NCBI GenBank assembly: GCA_902796385.1
Contig: CADBOV010000126.1
Span: 1-35,867 of the forward strand
Source of the DNA: an uncultured Lachnospiraceae bacterium
Lineage (GTDB): Bacteria > Bacillota > Clostridia > Lachnospirales > Lachnospiraceae
Direction of reading: 5' to 3'
Length of the DNA: 35,867 nt
Part shown: positions 8,726 through 18,114 of the stretch, in pieces
How the letters are laid out: every line of letters starts with the position of its first letter
Position numbering within the stretch: position 1 is the first letter of the stretch
Notes under the pieces: generated by a model
The model's input: the letters and a program-made list of their open reading frames with translations, nothing else
Told to the model about the DNA's origin: nothing
Database searches by the model: none
Translations under genes and position numbers: made by a program

Positions 8726-10003
8726 TTACTCTTCTACGTCCCTGTCTGCGAAGAACTCAACGATCGTGGTATAGCCTTCCGCAGTCAGCTGATCCTTCTG
8801 GAACTTTTTATTCTTCTTCATCATGACGATGTTGATGCTCTGTCCCTCCGCACGAAGCTTCTTTGCCTTCGTAAGGATCTTCTTCATATTCTCACCGGAC
8901 ATATTCTTCTCGATCAGATATGCCGTCTTTTCCGCACTGCCCGGAACCCGGAACTCTTTCTCCAGAAGCAGCATCACGATCCGCTCAAATCCGATGGAGA
9001 AACCGCAGGCCGGAGTCGGCTGGCCGGTAAAGCGTCCGATCATTTCATCGTAGCGTCCGCCGCCACCCACGGATCCGCCGTATTCATCCATGGAGATCTC
9101 GAAGATCGGGCCCGTATAATAAGACATTCCGCGAACCAGCGTAGGATCGAAGGCCATCCTGAAATCCGCTTCCTTCGCAGCATCCACGCTTTCCATGATG
9201 GTGGAAAGATTTGAAAGGATTTCCTCCGGAAGAAAATCTGCCAGGGTTTCCTTCAGCGCCATGAGGCCTTCCACATCCGGCGTTACCTTCCGGAACAGAT
9301 CCAGATACTTATCTACAACCGCCTCTTCATAACCGTCTTTGATCAGTTCCTCCTTCACACCGTCCAGACCGATCTTATCCATCTTGTCCAGTGTGATGAA
9401 AATGCCGTCATAGTCAACTTCTCCCTGTCCGGCACCGAATCCCGCATAGTCCACCATGGCACGAAGGATCCTTCTGTCATTGATCCGGATGGTAAAGTTT
9501 GAGAACTCCAGCTTCCCGAGAAGCGTGGAGGTTGCCAGGATCAGCTCGATCTCCGCAAGGATCGAAGGCTCTCCGAGAATGTCAATGTCGCACTGCATAA
9601 ACTGACGATATCTGCCGCGCTGTGGACGGTCTGCCCTCCATACATTTCCCATCTGTAATGCTTTAAAGGGACCGGGCAGTTCATTTGCATTGTTGGAATA
9701 ATATCTGGAAAGCGGAACCGTCAGGTCATAGCGAAGTCCGCCATCCACCAGATCCTCTTCTTTCTCAGCCTCGTCAATCTTCAGCTTCTCTCCGCGCTTT
9801 AAGATCTTGAAGATCAGCTTCTCATTTTCACCGCCCTGCTTGGAGGAAAGATTTTCGATATGCTCCACTGCGGGTGTTTCGATCGATGTAAAACCAAATC
9901 TCTTATACGTTTCCTTGATCAGCCCGATGGCATAATCACGGATCTCCATCTCCCTGGGGAGAATATCCTTCATTCCGGTTACCGGTTTCTTTTTCATACT
10001 CAT
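8726..10003 (-). CDS. hisS: Histidine--tRNA ligase
   Basis: PVTGMKDILP, LRYDLTVPLSR, VWRADRPQRGRYRQFMQCDIDILG (class II motif 2), LVRGMSYYTG (HisA), GGGGRYDEMI and GFSIGFERI (motif 3). Confidence 0.97.
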   Translation of the reverse strand: MSMKKKPVTGMKDILPREMEIRDYAIGLIKETYKRFGFTSIETPAVEHIENLSSKQGGENEKLIFKILKRGEKLKIDEAEKEEDLVDGGLRYDLTVPLSRYYSNNANELPGPFKALQMGNVWRADRPQRGRYRQFMQCDIDILGEPSILAEIELILATSTLLGKLEFSNFTIRINDRRILRAMVDYAGFGAGQGEVDYDGIFITLDKMDKIGLDGVKEELIKDGYEEAVVDKYLDLFRKVTPDVEGLMALKETLADFLPEEILSNLSTIMESVDAAKEADFRMAFDPTLVRGMSYYTGPIFEISMDEYGGSVGGGGRYDEMIGRFTGQPTPACGFSIGFERIVMLLLEKEFRVPGSAEKTAYLIEKNMSGENMKKILTKAKKLRAEGQSINIVMMKKNKKFQKDQLTAEGYTTIVEFFADRDVEE

Positions 10004-10075
10004 ACTGTGTATCTGCCTTTCCGTCTACTTTGTCCGGGATCGGACTTCGTATACTATATCATCTTCCGGCAGAAA

Positions 10076-10110
10076 AAGAAACAGCCCTGTAATATACAGA
10101 GCCATTTCTT
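10076..10110 (-). terminator. Probable intrinsic terminator of the PEPK-repeat gene
   Basis: Minus strand AAGAAATGGCTCTGTA-tat-TACAGGGCTGTTTCTT followed by TTTCT, just after the stop at 10126. Confidence 0.65.
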
Positions 10111-10125
10111 CTCTACCGGCATATT

Positions 10126-11388
10126 CTATGCCCGACGAACATCCTCCACGAGGATCTCTTTTTTGTCTCCGTTTCCTTCGACCTTTTCTCTGCTGTCTGA
10201 AGCTTCCATAACCTTATCCAGGAATTCCAGGAAGCGGTCGATATTACCTGCCTCCATTCCCTGCAGGGAAACCTTCAGCTGTTCATATACCGGCTTGTCT
10301 GCGGTGTATCCCTTCTCCTTGATGTAACCGCGTGCGAGAGAGATCATACCCTTCTCTTTGATCTTATGGATACCGATCAGGTAAATGAACTTGTCAACGA
10401 TCTCCTGATTATCCTCGAAGAATCTTGCAAGAGAATCGATCTCACCTGTCAGGATCACTACATAATCATTCTCATCCGGTTCGGAGTTCTTGATGACCTC
10501 AACCAGCTTCTCCGGCTGTACAAGACCTGCATTCTCGATGATCAGACATCCGCCCTTCAGTCCTGCCAGCTTCTCAAGACCGATCTTGTTCAGCTGCTTT
10601 GCCCTGATCTTTGCAATCTTATCTGACTTAACAAGTTCCATTGCGTAGAAGCTTCTTGCGAAGTCTTCACCGACTCTTACGGTACCGAATCCGTTCTTAC
10701 CGAGGATAACGATATTCTTCGGCATATCCGGATGTCTCAGGATCGAATTCATGGAAAGGATCACATCATCCGATGTGGATGCGATCTTGCTGTATTTCTT
10801 CAGCGTGAGCGCTCTGGACGGAAGTGCTCCCAGAGGAACCTCCTCACCGGTAACCGGATCCGTAACACGACGGACACCCATACCGGCCTGTGCTTCCATC
10901 TCACGTCTTGCATTCCGCTGCTCTGCTCTCTTCTCCTCAGCCTCTCTCTTGGCTGCACGTTCAGCTCTGCGCTTTGCCTCTGCTGCATAAGCCGCTTCTT
11001 CCTTCTTCTGCGACTCACGAACGTAGGCTTCCATATTTTCCTCAGCTGTCTTGTCCTGCTTCGGTTCCTTCTCCGGCTCCGGCTTCGGTTCCGGTTTCTG
11101 CTTCTTGGAAGATCCCTGCTTCTTCGGCTGATCCGCCTTCTTCTCGGGCTTCTTCTCAGGTGCCGGTTTCGGCTCCGGCTTCGGTTCCGGTTTTGGTTCA
11201 GGCTTCGGTTCCGGCTTCGGTGTAACCGGTTCCTTCGGTCCCGCCGGCGCTTCCGGTTTTACCTCTCCCTTTGCCTCGGAATAAGGTTCGCCGGCTGCTG
11301 CTGTTCCTTCCTGTCCCTTCTCGTCCTTGGAAAATATCTTTGAAAGTAACTTCTTAATCGCTTCGTACGCATTTCTGAATGGTTTCAT
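10126..11388 (-). CDS. Hypothetical protein with PEPK/charged linker and degenerate AAA+ (SpoVK/CbbX-like) C-terminal domain
   Basis: PEPK repeats and an E/K/R-rich helix, then NIVILGKNGFGT (Walker A-like, lacking the Lys) and LKGGCLIIENAG (Walker B-like). GGAGG RBS. Confidence 0.75.
   Translation of the reverse strand: MKPFRNAYEAIKKLLSKIFSKDEKGQEGTAAAGEPYSEAKGEVKPEAPAGPKEPVTPKPEPKPEPKPEPKPEPKPAPEKKPEKKADQPKKQGSSKKQKPEPKPEPEKEPKQDKTAEENMEAYVRESQKKEEAAYAAEAKRRAERAAKREAEEKRAEQRNARREMEAQAGMGVRRVTDPVTGEEVPLGALPSRALTLKKYSKIASTSDDVILSMNSILRHPDMPKNIVILGKNGFGTVRVGEDFARSFYAMELVKSDKIAKIRAKQLNKIGLEKLAGLKGGCLIIENAGLVQPEKLVEVIKNSEPDENDYVVILTGEIDSLARFFEDNQEIVDKFIYLIGIHKIKEKGMISLARGYIKEKGYTADKPVYEQLKVSLQGMEAGNIDRFLEFLDKVMEASDSREKVEGNGDKKEILVEDVRRA
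11164..11220. repeat. Intragenic 12-bp repeats encoding (PKPE)n
   Basis: Translation TPKPEPKPEPKPEPKPEPKPAP; a shorter copy (KPEPKPEPEK) lies near 11070-11100. Confidence 0.85.
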
Positions 11389-11528
11389 ATACTACCCCCT
11401 CCAAAAGTTGTCCTTTTCCATTATACTACAACTCTTTTCATTTTTCGACTATGAATTATAACGATTTTTATCTTCTTTTATGTGTGAATCTCAACAAAAA
11501 ATCAACACCTCTTTTTCCGCCCGTTTTC

Positions 11529-11557
11529 TTGAAGAACACTCGGATTCATGGTATAAT
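11529..11557 (+). promoter_or_regulatory. Sigma-A type promoter of the diguanylate cyclase gene
   Basis: TTGAAG (11529-11534), 17-nt spacer, TATAAT (11552-11557) with a TGn extension. Confidence 0.75.
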
Positions 11558-11650
11558 TGTGTTTGTTTTCGGATCGGTCATTCCCTTTTGGGACAGGACA
11601 GGATTTTAATACTATTTTTCATGGTCTTATCTTTCAGTGGAGTACATCTT

Positions 11651-13576
11651 ATGGAAAAAAAACGGAAAAGAATTGCATTGGCAACCTCGCGGATCTATGA
11701 TCCCCAGACCTTCAGTTTCATCGCAAATCTGAATGAAACCCTGAAGGTTCATGACTGTGCGCTTCTTGTTTTTGCCATAAACTCCGATATTTACTGGGAT
11801 GAAAGCCTGCTGACCGCCGAAGCCTATGTCTATAATCTCATTCCGTATGACGATATCGACCTGGTCATCATCATGGATGAAAAGATCAAGAGTCATACTG
11901 TTTCCGACGAAATCATTTCCAAAGCAGAATCCCATAACCTGCCGGTCATTGTGATCGACGGCAAATACGAGAATTCCCATAACATCTGTTTTGATTACGA
12001 CCGGGGATTTGAGCAGATCGTGCGCCATATGTTCGAGCACCATCAGGTAAAACGCCCGCATATGATCGCCGGTCTTCCGGCAAACCCGTTTTCCGATGCC
12101 CGGATCCGGATCTTCATGAAGATTCTCGAAGAGAAAGGGATTCCCTTTGACGACAGCATGCTGAGTTACGGGTATTTCTGGGCAGACCCTGCCCGCGAAG
12201 CCACGGAAAAGCTTCTGCAGCGCCCGGAACTTCCGGATGCCATTATCTGCGCAAATGATATCATGGCGATCAATGTATGTGATGTCCTGAAAGCCGCCGG
12301 AATTTCCGTGCCGGATCAGGTTCTGGTCTCCGGTTTCGACGGATTTGATGAGGTTAATTTCACTTCACCCATGATCTCCACCGTAAGCTGTAACACAACC
12401 CTTCTGGCTTCCTCCGCCGCAAAGATGGCGCTGGACTGCCTGGAGAACAAGCCGGTGGAGGATGTCTATATCATTCCGGAGCTGATCCCGAACGAATCCT
12501 GCGGATGTCCGGCACATATGGACCGGTCCCACACCCGGATCAGCAGCTTCAACAACAGCTTTTACCGGCATCAGGATGATGCGCGGGTTCTGTACACCGT
12601 AAGCTCCAACATGGAGATCAGCGGTACTCCGGAAGAGATGGCCCAAAGCATTAAGAATTACAAGACCAACGACTGTCTTTGCGTGGTGGATCAGAAATGT
12701 TTCGATTCCGAGAAGAACTACTTCCTTCTTCCCGAGGAGGAGACAAATGCAAAGAATCTCCATCTGATCTTTGATTCGGCATATGCCGAAACCCACGAAG
12801 AGGCTGCGCCTCCTTCAGTGAAGGAGACCCCGAACCCCTTCGAAAATGTTCTTGCCGGCGATTACCGGGACCGTATCCTGGAGCTGACGGAAAGCGGATA
12901 TCCGGTCATTTTCAATTCACTGGATTACATGAACCAGCCACTGGGCTTTATCTGCTTCTACTTCCGGGGTTACATCATTACGGATTATGCCCGTTCCGCC
13001 AGCGTAACGAATGCCATCAGCATGGGAATCGGCGGATATATCAATCTCCGTCATCAGCGGGCACTGCTTCAGAAGGTGGATGAAATGTACCGGCACGATG
13101 CACTGACCGATCTGTACAACCGTATCGGATTTAACAAGATCTTCGAAGCGGAAATGAAAAAGAAAGAGAATCTGAACAAGCCCATTACCATCATCATGTC
13201 GGATATGGACGGTCTGAAATATATCAACGATAACTTCGGACATGCTGACGGAGACCGCTCCATTACGGCAGTGGCCAAGGCGCTGATGGATTCCTGTCCG
13301 GAAGGCTCCCTTTCCGCCCGGTTCGGCGGTGACGAGCTTTTCTCGGTGATCATCGGAGACTGCGATGCGGATGGGATTATAAAGAAGATCGATGAGCATC
13401 TTCTGGAATACAACCGGATTTCCGATCTGCCCTACACCGTCACCACCAGCTGCGGATACTATACCACCAATCTGGATTCCGAGTTTGATCTGATGAAGGT
13501 GCTTCGCCTGGCGGATGAAAGAATGTATGACATAAAAAAAACAAAACGCATGAGAAAGGAAATACCCGGCTATTAA
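11651..13576 (+). CDS. Diguanylate cyclase with N-terminal LacI/periplasmic-binding-protein-like ligand-binding domain
   Basis: LPDAIICANDIMA and ISVPDQVLVSGFDG are LacI-type sugar-binding motifs, with no HTH. C-terminal DALTDLYNR, DMDGLKYINDNFGHADGD and RFGGDEL. Start placed at the ATG at 11651 after GGAG; the track start at 11480 lies upstream of the promoter. Confidence 0.92.
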   Translation: MEKKRKRIALATSRIYDPQTFSFIANLNETLKVHDCALLVFAINSDIYWDESLLTAEAYVYNLIPYDDIDLVIIMDEKIKSHTVSDEIISKAESHNLPVIVIDGKYENSHNICFDYDRGFEQIVRHMFEHHQVKRPHMIAGLPANPFSDARIRIFMKILEEKGIPFDDSMLSYGYFWADPAREATEKLLQRPELPDAIICANDIMAINVCDVLKAAGISVPDQVLVSGFDGFDEVNFTSPMISTVSCNTTLLASSAAKMALDCLENKPVEDVYIIPELIPNESCGCPAHMDRSHTRISSFNNSFYRHQDDARVLYTVSSNMEISGTPEEMAQSIKNYKTNDCLCVVDQKCFDSEKNYFLLPEEETNAKNLHLIFDSAYAETHEEAAPPSVKETPNPFENVLAGDYRDRILELTESGYPVIFNSLDYMNQPLGFICFYFRGYIITDYARSASVTNAISMGIGGYINLRHQRALLQKVDEMYRHDALTDLYNRIGFNKIFEAEMKKKENLNKPITIIMSDMDGLKYINDNFGHADGDRSITAVAKALMDSCPEGSLSARFGGDELFSVIIGDCDADGIIKKIDEHLLEYNRISDLPYTVTTSCGYYTTNLDSEFDLMKVLRLADERMYDIKKTKRMRKEIPGY

Positions 13577-13600
13577 ACCGGGTACTTCTTTTCTCTTTTT
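13563..13600 (+). terminator. Probable intrinsic terminator overlapping the cyclase stop codon
   Basis: Stem tacccgg/ccgggta with loop ctattaaa, followed by cttcttttctcttttt. Confidence 0.6.
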
Positions 13601-13634
13601 CTTTTACTATTCTTTTCTCTTTTTCTTTTACTAT
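13587..13634. repeat. Exact 24-bp tandem duplication in a pyrimidine tract between convergent genes
   Basis: tcttttctctttttcttttactat at 13587-13610 and 13611-13634. Confidence 0.88.
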
Positions 13635-13692
13635 TCTTTTTCTTTCTTTTTCTTATTTCTGCTTCCTGTTTCTTCCCATCTCTACATGCTGC

Positions 13693-15768
13693 TTACTTTC
13701 CGATGAGCACCATGATACTTCTCGGCATCAGTGTCACCGGTCCGTTTATCTTCTTCCCGTCCGACTTTCCTGTCTCATCGGAAGTATCCGCCACCACTTC
13801 CCACTTCATCTTCTTCGGAAGCTCCGGCAGCTGGTATTCCTTTTCCTCCCAGTACGCATTTACCATGCAGTAGATGAAGCAGTCCTTCTTCGTCCCGAAT
13901 TCCTTTGCCGGCTCGGAATAAAGGAAGGATACGCAGTGGAACGGTTCATCCAGCCGGATGTCCCAGGGTCTTGTTCCGTGGAAGGACAGTTCCGGGTACC
14001 CGGAGGAATTTGTCTCCGTCTGAAAATCGGATTTCCGGAGTACGGGATGTTCCTTCCGGAAATGTATCATCTTCCGGAAGAACTGATGCACATCCTTATG
14101 CTTCTCCAGATCCTCCCAGTTCAGCCAGGAAATGGGTCCGTCCTGGCAGTAAACGTTGTTATTTCCGGACTGGGTATTCAGGAATTCATCTCCGGAAAGC
14201 AGCATGGGAACCCCGCGGCTCAAAAGAAGCAGTGTCACTGCATTTTTCACCTGACGCAGACGGAGCGACCGGATGGATTCATCCTCCGTCTCGCCTTCCA
14301 CTCCGCAGTTCCAGCTGTAGTTATCATTTGCACCGTCCCGGTTGTCTTCCCCGTTCTCCAGATTGTGTTTTTCGTTGTAGGACACCAGATCATACAGGGT
14401 GAAGCCGTCATGACAGGTGACAAAATTGACCGAAGCCTCAGCTCCCCGTTCCCCGTAAAGATCCGGAGATCCCTGGAGTCTCTGTACCAGTTCCGGTCCC
14501 GCGTCCCCGTCACTCTTCACGAATCTGCGGACACAGTCCCTGAAACGGCCGTTCCATTCCGCCCACCTTCCCCAGGAAGGGAAGCTTCCGACCTGATAGA
14601 GTCCGGCTGCATCCCACGCCTCCGCGATCAGCTTGCTCCTGCCCAGGATCGGGTCATTGGCCAGGGTTTCCAGAAGCGGCGGGTTCGCCATAGGCTCTCC
14701 GTCCTCATCCCTGGAAAGAATGGACGCAAGATCGAAGCGGAATCCGTCCACATGATAATCCGCAACCCAGTATCTGAGGCAGTCCAGAATGAAGTTCCGC
14801 ACAACCGAGTTGTTGCAGTTCATGGTATTTCCGCATCCGCTGTAATTGAGATACCTTCCCTCCGGCGTAAGCAGATAGTAGGTCCGGTTATCCAGTCCCT
14901 TAAAGGAAAAGCACGGGCCCTCCTCGGATCCTTCCGCCGTATGATTGAACACCACATCCAGTATGACCTCGATACCCTCCCGGTGCAGGCGTTTGATCAT
15001 ATTCTTCAGTTCTTCCGCCGCAAGTCCCACGGACGCTGCTGCCGCATATCCCGCCTTCGGCGCGTAGAAGGATACCGTGGAATATCCCCAGTAATTATAT
15101 AGCCGCTTTCCGTTATACTCCCTCTTATTCTCCATTTCATCAAATTCGAAAATGGGAAGCAGCTCGATACAGTTAACTCCCAGGTCCTTCAGATAGGGGA
15201 TTTTCTCCAGAAGTCCCGCAAATGTTCCCTTCCGCTTCACTCCGCTGGAAGGGCTCTGTGTAAATCCGCGTACATGTGCTTCGTAGATCACAAGATCCTT
15301 CATGGGTATCTCCAGGGGCTTATCCCCTTCCCAGTCAAAATCCCGGGGGATCACACAGCCACGGAAATGTTCGTCCTTTCTGCTCCCGGCGCCCCAGACC
15401 TCCCGTCCGGCCACCAGTCTTGCATACGGATCCAGAAGTACATTTTCCTTATCGAACAGGTATCCTTTTTCCGGATCATACCTTCCGTCCATGGAAAATG
15501 CGTATTCCATATCCTCATAGTTGAGCCCGTAAACGATCATGGAGAATACATTTCCGATCCGGAACTCCTCCGGGAAGGGGATCCTGACATACGGCTCGCT
15601 CTCTCCCCTGTGGAATAAAAGCAGCGTACAGCTCCCGGCATCGCGGGAATAAACGGAGAAATTGATCCCGTTATTTCCCACCTCATTCGCTCCGTAGGGA
15701 AGCGGACGTCCGCAACGATATTCAACCCCGTTCATCACATGGGTCGGGAAATCATCCATCCTGATCAT
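13693..15768 (-). CDS. glgX: Glycogen debranching enzyme/isoamylase (CBM48 + GH13)
   Basis: LLDPYA, IYEAHVRGFT, NYWGYST, DVVFNHTAEG, DGFRFDLAS (nucleophile), LIAEAWD, NFVTCHDGFTLYDLVSYN, SWNCGVEG. Start moved to the ATG at 15768 after AGGAGG. Confidence 0.96.
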   Translation of the reverse strand: MIRMDDFPTHVMNGVEYRCGRPLPYGANEVGNNGINFSVYSRDAGSCTLLLFHRGESEPYVRIPFPEEFRIGNVFSMIVYGLNYEDMEYAFSMDGRYDPEKGYLFDKENVLLDPYARLVAGREVWGAGSRKDEHFRGCVIPRDFDWEGDKPLEIPMKDLVIYEAHVRGFTQSPSSGVKRKGTFAGLLEKIPYLKDLGVNCIELLPIFEFDEMENKREYNGKRLYNYWGYSTVSFYAPKAGYAAAASVGLAAEELKNMIKRLHREGIEVILDVVFNHTAEGSEEGPCFSFKGLDNRTYYLLTPEGRYLNYSGCGNTMNCNNSVVRNFILDCLRYWVADYHVDGFRFDLASILSRDEDGEPMANPPLLETLANDPILGRSKLIAEAWDAAGLYQVGSFPSWGRWAEWNGRFRDCVRRFVKSDGDAGPELVQRLQGSPDLYGERGAEASVNFVTCHDGFTLYDLVSYNEKHNLENGEDNRDGANDNYSWNCGVEGETEDESIRSLRLRQVKNAVTLLLLSRGVPMLLSGDEFLNTQSGNNNVYCQDGPISWLNWEDLEKHKDVHQFFRKMIHFRKEHPVLRKSDFQTETNSSGYPELSFHGTRPWDIRLDEPFHCVSFLYSEPAKEFGTKKDCFIYCMVNAYWEEKEYQLPELPKKMKWEVVADTSDETGKSDGKKINGPVTLMPRSIMVLIGK

Positions 15769-15819
15769 AAGCCCCTCCTGTTTCACCGGAAGCTCCAAAA
15801 CGGCTCCACCGTACCTTCT

Positions 15820-17952
15820 CTATTCTCCCTGCTTCTCCCACTTCATTCCCTTTGCAAGGGAAAGTGCCTTTGTCTCCTCATATGGCATCGGCTTTCCGAA
15901 ATAATATCCCTGTGCCTTCTCGCAGCCGGTCTTCTTCAGGAATTCATAATGCTCCTCCGTCTCTACCCCTTCACAGAGCGGATCCAGCCCCATTCCCCGT
16001 GCACCCCGGATGATGTAATCCATAAGGGTTGCCGTCTTGGGATTATGATCAAAGCTCCGGAGGAAGACCATATCCAGCTTCAGCACGTCAAAGGAGTATT
16101 CAACCAGCGTATTCAGCGAAGAATACCCGCTTCCGAAATCATCCAGCCAAATCTGATAACCCAGCTCCCGCATTTTCTGGCAGGATTCCTTTACATGTCC
16201 GAAATCATCCTGCAGGACACTTTCCGTGATCTCCAGATCCAGCATGTTGCGCGGAACATCATACTTGGCACGGATTTCTTCCACCTTTCCGAAAATGTCG
16301 CACAGTTCGAAATCCAGTCTGGAGAAATTGATGGAGGCGGGAACGATCACATCTCCCGATTCGATCACCCGGCGATAATCCTTGCAGACCTGCTCAACCA
16401 CATAGATATCGATCTTGTGGATCAGATGGAACTGCTCCAGCGTACCGATAAAGTCTGCCGGCGAAAGCACGCCCACCATGGGATCCACCCAGCGGACCAG
16501 GGCCTCATATCCGCAGATCTCACCTGTCTTAACCCGGATCACCGGCTGATAATAAACCTTGATATATTCTCTCTCGATGGCTTCATCCACATGGTCAACC
16601 ACGTACTGCTGACGGCGGAGATTCTCCCGCAGAAGCTCATCATACTCACAAAGATACACATCGTGTCTCCGCTTAATGCTGTTGCATGCCAGCCGGGCGT
16701 GATCGCAGGCAAGGCCCACCTCCGCCATCCGGTCATCCATGTAATAAACGCCTGCCTTGATCCGCACCCGCTTTGACGTATCCTCGGATAAAAGGATCCG
16801 CTTGTAGACGGTCTCGATCTTCTGCTTTACGCTTTCATGATCCCCGGTGATGCATACGACAAAATGGTCGTCCGAAAATCTGGATGCAACCCCGTCCCGG
16901 AATACTTCCCGGATGGTCTTTGCCAGATCGCAGAGCAGTTCGTCTCCCAGCCGGAAACCGTTCCGCTCATTGAAAAGCTTAAAGTTCGGGATATCAAAAT
17001 GTACGATTGAAATATTCTTTCTTCTGCTCTTCGGAGAATTCAGCATCATCTGAACCTGCTGATAGAAGAAGGACATATTAAAGAGTCCGGTCAGGGGATC
17101 CGTATCCTGGTTCATGGAGAGGATCTCCGCTTCCGCAAAGGAATTCCGGTTCCGGTTCAGATACTCATTCTGATCCACGTCCACGATAAATACATAGAAA
17201 AAGCTTTCCCCGTTCTGCCCGTGAAGAAGATGTCCGAAGTCCTCGATGTAGCGGACCTCCCCCTGCTTCGTCAGGATCCTGTACCTTACATAATCATGCC
17301 GTTTTTCCCCGAACATGGTCTGTGCCTGGATCTGATTCTGGATCTGATGCAGGTCCTCCGGATGTACCATTCCGGCAAACGAATTTCCCGTAAATGCCCG
17401 GAACTCCTCCAGGGTGTCACAGCCATAGAGATGCAGTACATTTTCCTCTGCAAACAGGATCTCGCCCTTCTCATCGTTCCGGTAAATGAAAAATCCTCCC
17501 GGAAGGCCCGTGGGAATGTGACCCATCGTATATTTCTTCAGTTCGGACTTTAGGAACTGATACCGCTGATGCTTCTCGGGATCCGCAAAATGTACCTCCC
17601 GGGTCTGCTCCGGATTATCCTCGTAGGAAAGCACCTCATCGCCGAACTGCTCGCTGGTCAGGTCGAAGACCGCATCCCCCACCACGTTGTAGCAGTGAAA
17701 GTTTCCGCCCGGACGCTTTATACCGTAAACCTCTCCCCCGAAAATATCCTGTACAAGAAATGCGGTAATGCTGCACTGTCCGAGGGTTTTATTCTCCTCC
17801 GACCACTCCGGGCGAAGCCGCGGGGCGCAGGTGTATTCACACCAGATGTGCGACAATGCATCGTAAAGATCCTGCGGTGTTTCTATCCCATCATACTCCT
17901 CCGAAACCGCCGGAACAACTGCCTGCTTCCACCCATAAAACCGATATCCCAT
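15820..17952 (-). CDS. c-di-GMP phosphodiesterase: YunG-like domain + PAS + degenerate GGDEF + EAL
   Basis: N-terminal WS.ENKTLGQCSITAFLVQDIFGGE...HCYN...DLTSEQF (YunG-like); PAS (MVHPEDL, YRILTKQGEVRYI); GGDEF degenerate (RFSDDHF); EAL intact (YEALVRW, EITES, DDFGSGYSS, KLD, EGVET). Start at the ATG at 17952 after AGGAGG. Confidence 0.9.
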   Translation of the reverse strand: MGYRFYGWKQAVVPAVSEEYDGIETPQDLYDALSHIWCEYTCAPRLRPEWSEENKTLGQCSITAFLVQDIFGGEVYGIKRPGGNFHCYNVVGDAVFDLTSEQFGDEVLSYEDNPEQTREVHFADPEKHQRYQFLKSELKKYTMGHIPTGLPGGFFIYRNDEKGEILFAEENVLHLYGCDTLEEFRAFTGNSFAGMVHPEDLHQIQNQIQAQTMFGEKRHDYVRYRILTKQGEVRYIEDFGHLLHGQNGESFFYVFIVDVDQNEYLNRNRNSFAEAEILSMNQDTDPLTGLFNMSFFYQQVQMMLNSPKSRRKNISIVHFDIPNFKLFNERNGFRLGDELLCDLAKTIREVFRDGVASRFSDDHFVVCITGDHESVKQKIETVYKRILLSEDTSKRVRIKAGVYYMDDRMAEVGLACDHARLACNSIKRRHDVYLCEYDELLRENLRRQQYVVDHVDEAIEREYIKVYYQPVIRVKTGEICGYEALVRWVDPMVGVLSPADFIGTLEQFHLIHKIDIYVVEQVCKDYRRVIESGDVIVPASINFSRLDFELCDIFGKVEEIRAKYDVPRNMLDLEITESVLQDDFGHVKESCQKMRELGYQIWLDDFGSGYSSLNTLVEYSFDVLKLDMVFLRSFDHNPKTATLMDYIIRGARGMGLDPLCEGVETEEHYEFLKKTGCEKAQGYYFGKPMPYEETKALSLAKGMKWEKQGE

Positions 17953-18034
17953 ACCGTCTGTCCTCCTGTCAAAGTAACAAAAATCTGATGGAAATATTTT
18001 ATCACGTTTCCCGTTCTTCTGACAATGAGGAATC

Positions 18035-18079
18035 AAAAAGCGGCCCTCCATCCAAAGTGTCTTTAAACAGAGAACCGCT
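18035..18079 (-). terminator. Intrinsic terminator after the GH16-GH5 pair
   Basis: Minus strand AGCGGTTCTCTGTTTAAAG-aca-CTTTGGATGGAGGGCCGCT folds as a long G-U-rich stem followed by TTTT; the G-U pairs work only on the minus-strand RNA. Confidence 0.75.
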
Positions 18080-18114
18080 GTAAAAAATATTATCTGATTT
18101 AATGCATCCTGCGA

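Noticed and set aside
11558-11650. Possible c-di-GMP riboswitch in the cyclase leader or upstream of the EAL gene
   Set aside because: No recognisable class I or class II aptamer consensus by eye; an Rfam scan would be needed to exclude it fully.
17953-18051. Track's N-terminal extension of the EAL protein (likewise extended starts at 11480, 15798, 6166, 22168, 25363 and 28686)
   Set aside because: These upstream starts lack good RBSs or overlap terminators, promoters or neighbouring genes, while the downstream ATGs have clear Shine-Dalgarno sequences.
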